A stretch of DNA of 63,831 nucleotides, the filler included, from Octopus bimaculoides (Eukaryota): assembly GCF_001194135.2 (NCBI RefSeq). It is 6 parts of 4 records of this genome, joined end to end, with 100 filler letters (N's around TTAATTAATTAA, not from the genome) between each part and the next. Parts side by side here need not be neighbours in the genome. Positions count along the whole stretch, not along the records: positions 1 to 27,477 come from NC_068982.1; 5 more parts are not named here. One strand, written 5' to 3'. Both the position numbers and the translations under genes were made by a program. This document shows, piece after piece, positions 13,501-25,399 of the stretch. How positions within the stretch are numbered: position 1 is the stretch's first letter; each line of letters opens with the position of its first letter. The notes beneath the pieces are model-generated. The model worked only from the letters and a program-made list of their open reading frames with translations, was not told the DNA's origin and searched no databases.

Positions 13501-13925
13501 GCTTGATGATAACGTATATCATCATAACTTGTACATAGATTTATATTTCGCGAGTTAAAATAAGTTTTGAGGTTTCATACGCATCCATTCTTTGAAAATA
13601 GGCCAGTCCTGTAATCTAAGAACTCATCTCTTCTATACGTTATTATTATTATTTATCTTTTAACCTACACTGACAATTAATAGTTATTCATAAACATTTT
13701 GTATTTTTCTGTAAAAATTATTATTCACTCGCGTTATTTCTACGTTAGTAGTTCATTGAATATGATCTGAAAATCGAGAAAAAGTATTTTTCAATTATGT
13801 CTTAATCCTCCAAAAATAAAAGAAAGAAAATAAAATAGGAGATTTAATAAATAAAAATTAAAATCAAAATCAAAGCAAAAGACAGAAGACAATATTTTAT
13901 GCGATGAGAATGATTATGTACTTAC

Positions 13926-14029
13926 CATCTTTGTTCATACCCATCTGAAGACATTTTTTCAACCGACATGCTTGACATTGATTGCGATGAGCTTTGTCTA
14001 CCGTACAAAGACCAGTTCCCGCCTGACAT
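13926..14029 (-). CDS. NR2E3: Internal coding exon of nuclear receptor NR2E3/PNR (Hr51/unfulfilled, fax-1 orthologue), zinc finger 2 of the DNA-binding domain
   Basis: Reverse complement reads tatttacAG|A TGT CAG GCG GGA ACT GGT CTT TGT ACG GTA GAC AAA GCT CAT CGC AAT CAA TGT CAA GCA TGT CGG TTG AAA AAA TGT CTT CAG ATG GGT ATG AAC AAA GAT G|GTAAGT = (R)[34 protein letters not shown](A). Canonical splice sites, 104 nt, phase 2 to phase 1. [16 protein letters not shown] is the PNR-type signature; TLX/NR2E1 has DKTHRNQCRACRL. Not in the ORF track. Confidence 0.95.
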
Positions 14030-14105
14030 CTGTAAATATATCATCAATATTACGTTTATGAATTTGTTTTGCCAGATTCCTGACATGAAATCATATGCTG
14101 AAACA

Positions 14106-14482
14106 GTTATATTTCGGGATGGTCATTTTTTTTTTCATGCCAAAGAAACACACGCACTATATATTCGTTCTTCAATCATTTATTATTGTTCTTATTTTAT
14201 TTTATGTCCATTGTCTGGAAATCTTTCGTCACACATCCGTGACCTGTTCAGTGATTCATCCATGCACGTGTAGCCTCCTGTTCTGTTTAGTCCACTCTAT
14301 CTAGAAAGACAGAATGGACTAAACAGAACACAAGAGTCGCTGAAAATTTGACAGATGTGTGTCAAAAGATTTCCAAACAATGGACATAAGATAAAATAAG
14401 AAGAATAATAAGCGAGTGAAAAATGAATATATAGTGCGTGTGTTTATTTGACAAGGAAAAAATGACCCTCTCGAAACGTAAC
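14106..14482. repeat. Long imperfect foldback palindrome in the intron next to the NR2E3 exon
   Basis: Left arm ...AAACACACGCACTATATATTC...ATGTCCATTGTCTGGAAATCTTT...GTTCTGTTTAGTCCACTCT is mirrored by the right arm AGAATGGACTAAACAGAAC...AAAGATTTCCAAACAATGGACAT...GAATATATAGTGCGTGTGTTT; loop ~14303-14306. Confidence 0.9.
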
Positions 14483-14759
14483 ATTATCAATATTGTAGGG
14501 GCTCCCAGCCTTTTCTAGGAATTTTTTGCACCACACTACAAATCACATTTGAAGAGGAAAAAGTCATTTTGCTATTAACTATTTTTCTTAAAATAGAATC
14601 ACATACTGTAATGAAGATGAGTAAATAAACCGAAGGAAAATCAGCATTTTACTCAATGTATAAAATGTAAATGTAAATTGGACAATTAGTTAAAAACTCT
14701 AAACAGTGAAATCAATCACAATCTTAAATAAAATTCAATGACTTATTCATTCCTAGTCC

Positions 14760-17068
14760 TCATTCATGATTTGATCAAATTAGAGAACTTGCTTGGCGGT
14801 TGCAATCCGTAGGTCTGTCTGTAGATTCAGGAAATTCCTAGATTTTAAGTCTTGCTTGAAGAGCTAACTCCATATTCACACAAGTATGTCGCAACAAATA
14901 AGCGGAACAAAATCTCTTGGTCATAACCTGTTCAGCGTGAAGTTTATACATGTAGAATAATAAAATTCTTGTGTGCTTAGTAATTTAAGACATATATTCT
15001 AAAAAGTGGTGTAAACAATTATATACATCCCATCTTTGTCGCTTACCCCAGAAATACCATCTCAAAACACCAGAATTCCAAGCATCCCAGTTTGTGAACG
15101 CCTCTTGTAGATTAAATATGATATAGTTAAAGGGATAGCTAACCAACAAAGTAGAGTATTAGTGGAGAAAATATAAGTTTATTGAGCATTCCCCGACCAT
15201 TTTATTCTTGATGAACACTTCGAAAAAATTCCATGTGTTTCAGGGAATGCTTACATTAAAAAATCATGTATATCTTTGTTTATATAGCAAGACTAAGCAA
15301 AAATATAACTCAATTTTCTTCGGGTTACGGATTATATGTCCAGGGTACGGATTATAAGTTTGGGGTACGGATTACAGGCATATGTCACAATTGGTGGTTA
15401 GATGCATGATTCGAAAAACTTAGTGTTTCCAAAAATGCTACACATATTTCACATTTACGTTAGATTCCAAGAGAAAATCGTCGCTTATTCTTATCTGATT
15501 TTCGCTTATAATCCTATTTATCATTATTTCTCGCGAAATATCGACATTTAAGTCACTACAAAATGTCGTTCCTTAGAGTCATCAATGGTCGCAATTATCA
15601 ATAGATAGTGCAACAAACGATAGAACAGGGACACAGAACTTTATACTATCAGGAAAGAATTACATCAGAATTATAACCTGCAGAGGCGCATCTATACTAA
15701 GAAATATAACAGATCTTTAATTGTATAAATTATTTTTGCAGATAACTTAAATGATTGTTTTAGTCTTAAGGCTTTACCCATAGGGATTTTAGAGACGTCG
15801 TCAGAAAGCAGTTTCCAGTTTGAAAGCAAGAATAATTTCAACGTCGGACAAGCTTCACTACAGTGTAGCAGAAGGTGAGGTAATCACTTTATAGCGATGT
15901 CAGTGTAAAGAAGAGTAGTTATACTAAGTCGAATGAGTGACGTTTTTGTACCTATCCTGCAATCACTGCTACGCTCTATCAATGGTCAAGACACTTAATT
16001 GTCCACTAGTTCAAACTACCGAATTGTAAAATAATTCTCTTGATTTTATTTAGCTACAGGCCAGCCATACATTAACAGACTTATGGTCAGAGGCTTTCTA
16101 AATATCCCCGTTCAGTCATTTCCCCCCACAATATGCGTATTTAGATTATATTATCTAACGTGATTTGAGAGACTGATGGCCGCTATTTTTATCAGTTTTA
16201 GAGGTCCTCTCTCTGGTTCGAGCTGCAAATAATTATTATATAGTTGTGCAATTATTTCAAAGATCAACGTGAGCACTGAACTTGGCTAAACCATCAGAAA
16301 ACTTCTTTAGCGTGTGACGTGTATTATTACATAGAGATGAGCCATGACTGTCCAAATGATTATAGAATTAATTTTAGTCATCTTAAAAATGTTAACAAAT
16401 CTGGCCGCTTTGTAATCATTTCAAATATCGATGGCTTTCTACGATAACCCTGGTTCAGTGAACACTCGTTTAAAAGCTTTTTAGCGGTGTCCATCCCGTC
16501 TTTCGTTTTCAAGAAATAGAGTCTATAGGAACACGCAATCCAATATATCTTCCTATTTATCTTAGGCAGTGTTTAGAAAGCGACTTAGTTGTGTTCAGTG
16601 TATTGAATCGTTGTGTAGAAGTTCCTTTCTTAGCTCGCAGAGCTGTTTATTATTTAACTCAGAATTATCATCAAAGACGATGAAGCTGTGATCATTTGAT
16701 CTTGTTTTCAGGCATAGCATATCTGTTAATACATTAGGTAATACTTCTTTCATTTTTAATTTTGGGTTTTCTGAAAGCAATATTTCTATTTCATATAAAG
16801 TTAGTGAAAAGAGTTAGCCAGAGACGTTGATTGGTTGATACATACGTGGATTGATGAGTTGATACATACGTAGATTGATAGGTTGATAGATACGTTGATC
16901 AAGCAGGGAAATTTCACAACACTAGAGAGGTTTCAGGGACATTAAACCTAAATGTCACTGAAGAATATTGAGAGACGAATCTCTGACCAAGTAAATATCC
17001 CAAAACAGCTTCCACTGACAACTGAACATAGATACACGTGCACACACGCGCACGCGCACGCACGCACG

Positions 17069-17156
<88 letters not shown>

Positions 17157-17620
17157 ATTTCTGCGAAATAGCTTTCTCCTTCTTGAGCTCTGTTGTAATA
17201 GCTGTGATATTTACGAGGATACACTGTTTATAAATGCTCGAATTCGATAAAGTTAAATCCAATATTCTTGCTTGTAACATTACAAGTTCCTCGTCTAGTG
17301 TTTTATTTTCGGATAGAATACGTCTTGTATTGGTCGACATTATTCCATAAATAAAAGAATCACTTATTAAATTTTTCGTATAAAATTTGGACGGTAAGGC
17401 CTTAAAGCCACAGTCTTTAACCAGGAAGAAATTGATCCATATATTCATTTGACCGTTGTTTGCGAATTACAAACTCGTACACTACTTTAAGTAGACATCC
17501 TTTTGGCAATTTATCGCCTATTTCTGATCGTGACAAACAGCTGTAAATTCCAATACTTCGTGACATTAGAACTTTGTGAGGACATGTAGTCTTCGAGGTC
17601 AGTAATATATGCAAGTAAAC
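14760..17620 (-). pseudogene. Unidentified decayed coding-like sequence (possible large transposon or viral relic)
   Basis: High-complexity, SINE-free stretch with long stop-poor frames, e.g. YSTLLVSYPFNYIIFNLQEAFTNWDAWNSGVLRWYFWGKRQRWDVYNCLHHFLEYMS*ITKHTRILLFYMYKLHAEQVMTKRFCSAYLLRH and KINRKIYWIACSYRLYFLKTKDGMDTAKKLLNECSLNQGYRRKPSIFEMITKRPDLLTFLR. No family recognised. Confidence 0.35.
17040..17154. repeat. (CA)n microsatellite with (CG)/(CACG) lead-in
   Basis: Direct inspection. Confidence 0.95.
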
Positions 17621-17963
17621 TACAAAACATATTCCTTTATTCTTTTATTCTTTTATTCGTTTCAGTTATTAGACTGCGGCTATGTGGGGCATGGCATTTA
17701 AAAATTTTTAGTCGAAAAGAATCGACCCCAATACATGTTTTTTCTGTTTTTTTTAAAGCTTGGTACATCCTCTTTTTCTAGTATGTTCTGTTTTTCTGAA
17801 CTGCTAAGTTATACAGACATACACACACCAACACCGGTTGTCAAGCGGTAGGGTGGAGACAATCACACACACACATCGAAAGCATTTGAAAACGAACTGC
17901 TGAAAGATGAACGAATATTTCGAAACACAAAATGCATTGCAATACTTGTTCGACTCTCGGTAG

Positions 17964-18013
<50 letters not shown>

Positions 18014-18247
18014 AATATACTTATACATACATATGCGGACACATACACATGCGTATATTTACATTTATATTTATTCGTTTAATCTTTTACTTGCAAGGTT
18101 TTAAGTTTTATCACACAGCCACGCTTGCGCCTGTTTGTGTGTATATGTGTGTGTGCGTGTGCGTGTGCGTGTTTGCGCGCGCGCGTGTTATTAGCTATCT
18201 AACTATCTAGTAGCATACATGGATAGGTGGATTACTGGATGGATAAT

Positions 18248-18301
<54 letters not shown>

Positions 18302-18401
18302 GATAGATAGATGGACGCACAGACAGACAGATATCAATTCTTGTAATTCCCTCACAATATCATTATTATGTCATAAAGCTTGGTTACTCTTTAATTTTTA
18401 C

Positions 18402-18800
18402 TCTTTTACTTGTTTCAGTCATTTGACTGCGGCCATGCTGGAGCACCGCCTTTTAGTCGAGCATATCGACCCCAGGGCTTATTCTTTGTAAGCCTAGTAC
18501 TAATTCTATCGGGCTATTTTTCCGAACCGCTAATTGACGGGGACGTAAACACACCAGCATTGGTTGTCAAGCGATGTTGGTGGTGGACAAACACAGACAC
18601 ACAAACATATACACACAAACATATATACATATACACATATACGACGGACTTCTTTGAGTTTCCGTATATCAAATCCACTCACAAGGCTTTGGTCGGCCCT
18701 AGGCTATAGTAGAAGATACTTGCCCAAGGTGCCATGCAGTGGGACTGAACCCGGAACTATGTGGTTCGTAAGCAAGCTACTTGCCACGCAGCTACTTCTG
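18402..18800 (-). mobile_element. SINE family B
   Basis: Colinear with 13076-13500. Confidence 0.9.
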
Positions 18801-21800
18801 CATTTAATCAAGGCTTGGCTAAATGCATAATAATATAACTCTACAACACTATTTAATTCTGAGAGAATGTTCTAAGAGGACAAGTGATGACTACTTTCTT
18901 TGAGTACTCCTATTCTGTTACATTTTATCAGAAGATTTATTTGACCGTGTAAAATGCACCGAATGAAATAATAGGAAATTAATGGCGTAAGTAACCAGAG
19001 CTAGTTAATTTTAGTTTATTATATAATGCATTTTATGAAAATGGCTACGCTGGTTATAATATTGTAACAGGGCAATTACTGGTTCACAGCATTTATGATG
19101 TTGAGAATAAGGAAGAATTATTTATATGAATCAGGCGGAACAAATATCACAGAGAGCTTGATTCAAAAGCACCTGGCTTACAGGCTTTCTGGCCGAAAAA
19201 CCACCCACACAGATATCTCCCCACACCCACAGAATTTCTGCGGACTCCTGCAGAATTTCCGTCAATGAATTATAACTCACAAAATATCAGTCAAGTGAAT
19301 CTATTATGAAAAGTATTTGCTCAAATAATTACCTTGTTATATCGAATCGGAAGCCACATCTTTGAGAAACAAACATCTTAATCACGAAGTCATACCAGTA
19401 CGTTTTGGAGGTATTTTTCTCTGGCAATTACTAACTTAGCCATCAAGAAATGCAATATGTTGTTGTTTAACAACCGGATGCAGTAGAACTATAGTCAAAA
19501 ACTATCTACCCGTGACCTGCGGGGTTTTTTTCTTCATAAAGTTCATCATCATTCGTTTTTACGTCGGACATGGTAAATATCCAAGCGAGGTGTATACCGC
19601 AGGCTACTCGTCAGTCCACGAGTATCTTGATTAAATGATGTTTATATTGTCGCAAGGATGCGCATGTTAACACATTTGATCACCCTTCACCACTATTATC
19701 GTCATCATAATTATCATCATAACCAACATTCTCCTCTTCATTCTCATGATCGCCATCATCAACTACCCCTCTATCTTTTGTTATTATCTTCACTAACATC
19801 ATCCTCTTCCNNNNNNNNNNNNNNNNNNNNNNNNNNNNNNNNNNNNNNNNNNNNNNNNNNNNNNNNNNNNNNNNNNNNNNNNNNNNNNNNNNNNNNNNNN
19901 NNNNNNNNNNNNNNNNNNNNNNNNNNNNNNNNNNNNNNNNNNNNNNNNNNNNNNNNNNNNNNNNNNNNNNNNNNNNNNNNNNNNNNNNNNNNNNNNNNNN
20001 NNNNNNNNNNNNNNNNNNNNNNNNNNNNNNNNNNNNNNNNNNNNNNNNNNNNNNNNNNNNNNNNNNNNNNNNNNNNNNNNNNNNNNNNNNNNNNNNNNNN
20101 NNNNNNNNNNNNNNNNNNNNNNNNNNNNNNNNNNNNNNNNNNNNNNNNNNNNNNNNNNNNNNNNNNNNNNNNNNNNNNNNNNNNNNNNNNNNNNNNNNNN
20201 NNNNNNNNNNNNNNNNNNNNNNNNNNGAGGAGGAGGAGGAGGAGAAGGAGGAGGAGGAGGAGGATGTTAGTGAAGATAATAATAAAAGATAGAGGGGTAG
20301 TTGATGATGGCGATCATGAGAATGAAGATTAAGATAAGTTATCTCTGCGATACGAAGGCGAAGACAAACTAATTGAGTTTTACTACAGGAATCTGATTCG
20401 TTGGTAGGTGAATAAGTTAGACTAGTGAGAGAATGTCACGATGCACAAATGCAAAATGAGAGAGACGAAGAGAGATAGAGAGAGGAGGAGAGGGGTGGAA
20501 AGAGAGAGAAAGAGATGGTAGGGCGAAGAACGGAATATACCAAAACCAGATTTACTCTATGTATCTTGATTTTAATAAGTTTTCTTCATAGAACATTCGA
20601 ACCAGAAGAGTATCATGTTTATAATTTCCAATATATATGTGACTACAACTAAAAAGCAAACGCACACATGTACTCATATGTACAAGCATATTATATANNN
20701 NNNNNNNNNNNNNNNNNNNNNNNNNNNNNNNNNNNNNNNNNNNNNNNNNNNNNNNNNNNNNNNNNNNNNNNNNNNNNNNNNNNNNNNNNNNNNNNNNNNN
20801 NNNNNNNNNNNNNNNNNNNNNNNNNNNNNNNNNNNNNNNNNNNNNNNNNNNNNNNNNNNNNNNNNNNNNNNNNNNNNNNNNNNNNNNNNNNNNNNNNNNN
20901 NNNNNNNNNNNNNNNNNNNNNNNNNNNNNNNNNNNNNNNNNNNNNNNNNNNNNNNNNNNNNNNNNNNNNNNNNNNNNNNNNNNNNNNNNNNNNNNNNNNN
21001 NNNNNNNNNNNNNNNNNNNNNNNNNNNNNNNNNNNNNNNNNNNNNNNNNNNNNNNNNNNNNNNNNNNNNNNNNNNNNNNNNNNNNNNNNNNNNNNNNNNN
21101 NNNNNNNNNNNNNNNNNNNNNNNNNNNNNNNNNNNNNNNNNNNNNNNNNNNNNNNNNNNNNNNNNNNNNNNNNNNNNNNNNNNNNNNNNNNNNNNNNNNN
21201 NNNNNNNNNNNNNNNNNNNNNNNNNNNNNNNNNNNNNNNNNNNNNNNNNNNNNNNNNNNNNNNNNNNNNNTGTATGAGAGTGTATAGAGGAATATATTAT
21301 TTAAAAGAGTTCCAACTCTGTTTTTTATGTTTTATTTATATTCTTATAAAATTAATGTGGGATATAGAATATGGAATATATAATATAAATAGTAAAATGA
21401 AATGAAGTATTGAATGTCTTATTGAATATATGAAATATTGAGTATTAAATATATATAGGGGCTAGTATACTTTCCTGCTTCATAGCAGTCACCAAGGTCC
21501 CACGTTTATTATTATCCTTATTATTGTTGTTGTTGTTGTTGTTAGTATTATATATCAAATACAAGCAAAGTATCAGAAACAATTAAACATGTTGAACGAA
21601 GGGTAAACGCAGGACGAAAAATATTAGAATAGTTGTTTTGTTCCCGCCTCCCACACACATTCTAAAACAATTTAACACATATCACTTAATCTTCAATACA
21701 CCCATTTCTAATTCACACTTCTAATTATCTGCTATAAGTTCTGCTTTTATTGATGTTGCATTATTGTTTTGTTGTTAGTGGACATCTTCTGCATTCTCCC

Positions 21801-21953
21801 ATCCACCGCATCCGTTCTCTACTGCACTATCTCTCCACCGCATTTACTCGCTTTATATAACACAATATCATAGCAATTCCTTGATTCAATTCAAATGTTC
21901 ATTATATCAGTTGAACAGACTCCCGAACAACGACACATAAGAATATGAGCACA

Positions 21954-22032
<79 letters not shown>

Positions 22033-22278
22033 NNNNNNNNNNNNNNNNNNNNNNNNNNNNNNNNNNNNNNNNNNNNNNNNNNNNNNNNNNNNNNNNNNNN
22101 NNNNNNNNNNNNNNNNNNNNNNNNNNNNNNNNNNNNNNNNNNNNNNNNNNNNNNNNNNNNNNNNNNNNNNNNNNNNNNNNNNNNNNNNNNNNNNNNNNNN
22201 NNNNNNNNNNNNNNNNNNNNNNNNNNNNNNNNNNNNNNNNNNNNNNNNNNNNNNNNNNNNNNNNNNNNNNNNNNNNNA

Positions 22279-22478
22279 TATACGAAAAAACAACAACAGA
22301 CGAGGACAGGTGGTGTAAATAACAAAACGATGTATTAGTACGACGCTCGGGAATATGGAAAGTCTTTGACGTTTCGAGCTACGCTCTTCAACAGAAAGAA
22401 TACGGAAACAAGGAGAAAAACACGGAGAAAAAAAATTGAATAGTGTCCAGTCAACGGTCAATCATAATAATGGCTGAT
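22279..22478 (-). mobile_element. Short Penelope-type terminal-repeat-like element (family E) carrying a hammerhead-like motif
   Basis: Roughly 95% identical by eye, in inverted orientation, to 27720-27925; contains CTTT CTGTTGA A GAGC GTA GCTC GAAA CGTC AAAG. Confidence 0.7.
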
Positions 22479-22513
22479 CATAATATATATATATATATAT
22501 GCATGGTTCAGGC

Positions 22514-22602
22514 ATAAATGCAAAACACCATCACGGAGGAATCGTCGTAAGCTTAAATAATAAACCGCGATAGGTGAACCGCGATTTGGCGAGGAATTAC
22601 TG
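22514..22602. mobile_element. Right half of the Tigger-type MITE
   Basis: Matches 6160-6250 and ends GGCGAGGAATTACTG followed by TA. Confidence 0.7.
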
Positions 22603-22984
22603 TATACAGTTCAGAAAAATATATGCGCACACATAGTCGTTTCGGTAGAAGCACACATATCAATGTATATGAATAGATAATACCCTATTCGCATAGACAC
22701 ATAGACGTTGAATCACAAAAGTGTCCTGGCACACATACGCGCGTGTGTAAGCGCGCAGACGAACACACACACACACATACACTCCTATAAACAGACATAC
22801 TCATATATATACACGCACGTATACGCACATACACAATAGTAACTGCGCATGGTGAGCGATTCTAATTATTTTACAAATCTCTGCTCACCACCCTTCCTCT
22901 TCCTACAACGCTTCTCACTTTCTCAGTCTCAATTATTTATCACCAAGTAAGCATGCTTCAGGGTCAAAATCACTAGCACACCGC

Positions 22985-22985
22985 T

Positions 22986-23023
<38 letters not shown>

Positions 23024-23043
23024 TATCATCACCGTCGTCATCG

Positions 23044-23074
<31 letters not shown>

Positions 23075-23295
23075 TATCATCTTCGTCGTCGTAGTTGTCA
23101 TCATAAGCCTTCTAATTAATCCTTTGTAACTCGCCTGTCCACACCCTTCACCACTATTATCGTCATCATAATTATCATCGAAACCAACATCCTCCTCTTC
23201 TTTCTCACCATCGTCATCATGATCGTCATCAACACCCCACCCCTTTATCTTTTATTATTATCTTCACTAACATCATCATCATCATCATCATCATA
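22985..23295. repeat. (CAT)n/(CGT)n trinucleotide-rich tract plus a dispersed repeat shared with 19681-19810
   Basis: CACCCTTCACCACTATTATCGTCATCATAATTATCATC occurs at both loci. Confidence 0.85.
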
Positions 23296-24852
23296 ATTGC
23301 TTCTTTCACCACTTTTGCCCCTACCACCTCAGTCAACAGCTCCACCACGGCCATCTCATTCGTATATTCATTCTCCGCAAAGATACTTCTCATTTCACTA
23401 ATCCTCCACTTCTCAACCTTCCACTCTTCAACCTCCACATTTGATATTCTGTTTTCATTCTCAACCTTCCACCTGCACTCATTCATCTGCATGTTCTCTT
23501 CTCAATCTTCACTTGTCATCCTTCTTCTATAAAATAACTTCGCTTGCATACGTAAACCGCCATCTTTCATTTTATTCCCTCCATTTCAATTTTGCCCATA
23601 CATATATCATCGTTTTCTATTTCTAATAATTTTTTCACTTACACAATTTTACCTTTTTTTTTATTCTAAACCTTAGCTCATTTTTACACATTCTCTCAAT
23701 TATTATTGCATTTAATGGCCAACCAATCTTACGAACACATCTCTAATTCTTACACTTACCCTTACACTTACTTCCAGCAGTTAAATTTCACACCGAGAAA
23801 AGTGCATTCACGATGAGCTGCTCGTGTTCACAGTGTAAAGTTCAATACATTATTCACTGCATTAAAAACAGGATCTTAAGAAAATAATTCAGCCCAGACA
23901 CCCGAAGCAATCATCCACTGATAAGGCCCTACACTCATAAGGCAGGAGTATCTTCTATATATCTGGGGCCCTTGATCTGGTAATTACTATCAAGCAACTG
24001 GTTGAGGTTGTCTGTGCTGTCAGGACGAACTAGTTATTCAATAACGACAGCAGTACACGTTCTAAGCGAGTCCACATCGCTTTCTTATAACTTTTTCTTA
24101 TAACTACTATCAGCACCCAGTAAGGAGACCTTTAAATTGCTACTTGGTCTGTAATTAATAGCAACCTAATCTCTTTCAAATCATACTTTATCGCTTTAAA
24201 AAAGGACACATCGAATAACGTGATCCAAGAGAAAGAGTTATGGTTATATTAAAATGGTTGGAATGCCTTAGGCCACTGGTCGGCTCCATCAAGGCCGACT
24301 TGAACTGGCTTGTAAATAACAAGTGGCTTGTAAAATCAGTCTGGACAATGGAAGAAACTGCATGTCCCGCTGCCACACTGCAATCTATATGATAAAGCAC
24401 TCTGTATTGGAAGACAGAGTGTGATCTTCTTCATGATGGTACCTGGAACAATGGCTATATCGTTGGACTATCTGTCTATGCATCATAGTCTGGCTCAATC
24501 ATGGTTGACTAACAAAGAATCAACAATACATAATTTTTATATTGCATTTTCTACCTTCCCATCACCATCACTTTGACATCTTCACCTGCACGTGTATCCC
24601 TTTCCATTTGCCATCCCTCATACATAGCAATCTGAACACATATTCTTTAACATTCATTGATATTCATCTAACTCGTGTTAACTCATCTTCCATTCGAGCT
24701 TTTGTACCTGCGGTCATTCTCGTCAACATTCCTTTCGTTCTGTATTCTTCCCTCATCACTGTTCAGTATTCGCAGCTATTGTCATCCTGCCCGTCTAGTT
24801 CTCATCACTTTCCACTCACGATTTCTTAACCCTCCTTATATTCTCTCTAAAC

Positions 24853-25038
24853 CAGTGTTCCGCAACTGGTAAGCCGCGGCACACTGGTGTGCCTCGAGAC
24901 AATGCTAGATGTGCCGCAGTGTAATGTGAATATAATTTCTTCCCCCTATACTTCTAGTTATATTTTTAGTTGAAGTGTGTCGTCAAATTTTGAAAAGAAT
25001 ATAAGTGTACCGCAAGTGAAAAAGGTTGCGGAGCACTG
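24853..25038. mobile_element. hAT-type MITE (186 bp)
   Basis: TIR CAGTGTTCCGCAAC / GTTGCGGAGCACTG (one mismatch) with a perfect 8-bp TSD CTCTAAAC at 24845-24852 and 25039-25046. Confidence 0.9.
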
Positions 25039-25399
25039 CTCTAAACTATCACACCAAACACCCCACATTCACTCTATTTCATACATAAAGCTTTCATGAA
25101 CTGACTTTGCTCTTTCTTTTTCACACAAAATCCCTTTTCTGTTGGTATCAGCCTGCTTCCACTTCCAGCTTCACACAAAATTCCTTTCTTGTAATATCCC
25201 TTTCACTTCATTCCCTTCATTTGTACCGATCACATTAATAGCAATTCGTAACACCCGCTTATCTCTTCTATTTATCTATATTATAATGGAGAAAGCTTCC
25301 TAAGTGTGTAACAGTTACTAAAAGCACTAAAAGAAAGCAATTATTAAATGCTTGACTCTCTGGAAATATTTTTATAAATTCATCTTCGAAGAAATTTCC

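Noticed and set aside
13968-14273. Plus-strand 101-aa [15 protein letters not shown]...
   Set aside because: Antisense shadow of the NR2E3 exon plus the hairpin arm; the minus-strand reading has the conserved protein and splice sites.
23700-24540. Stop-poor frames suggesting an old LINE or a host exon
   Set aside because: No recognisable motif or convincing splice-site pair.
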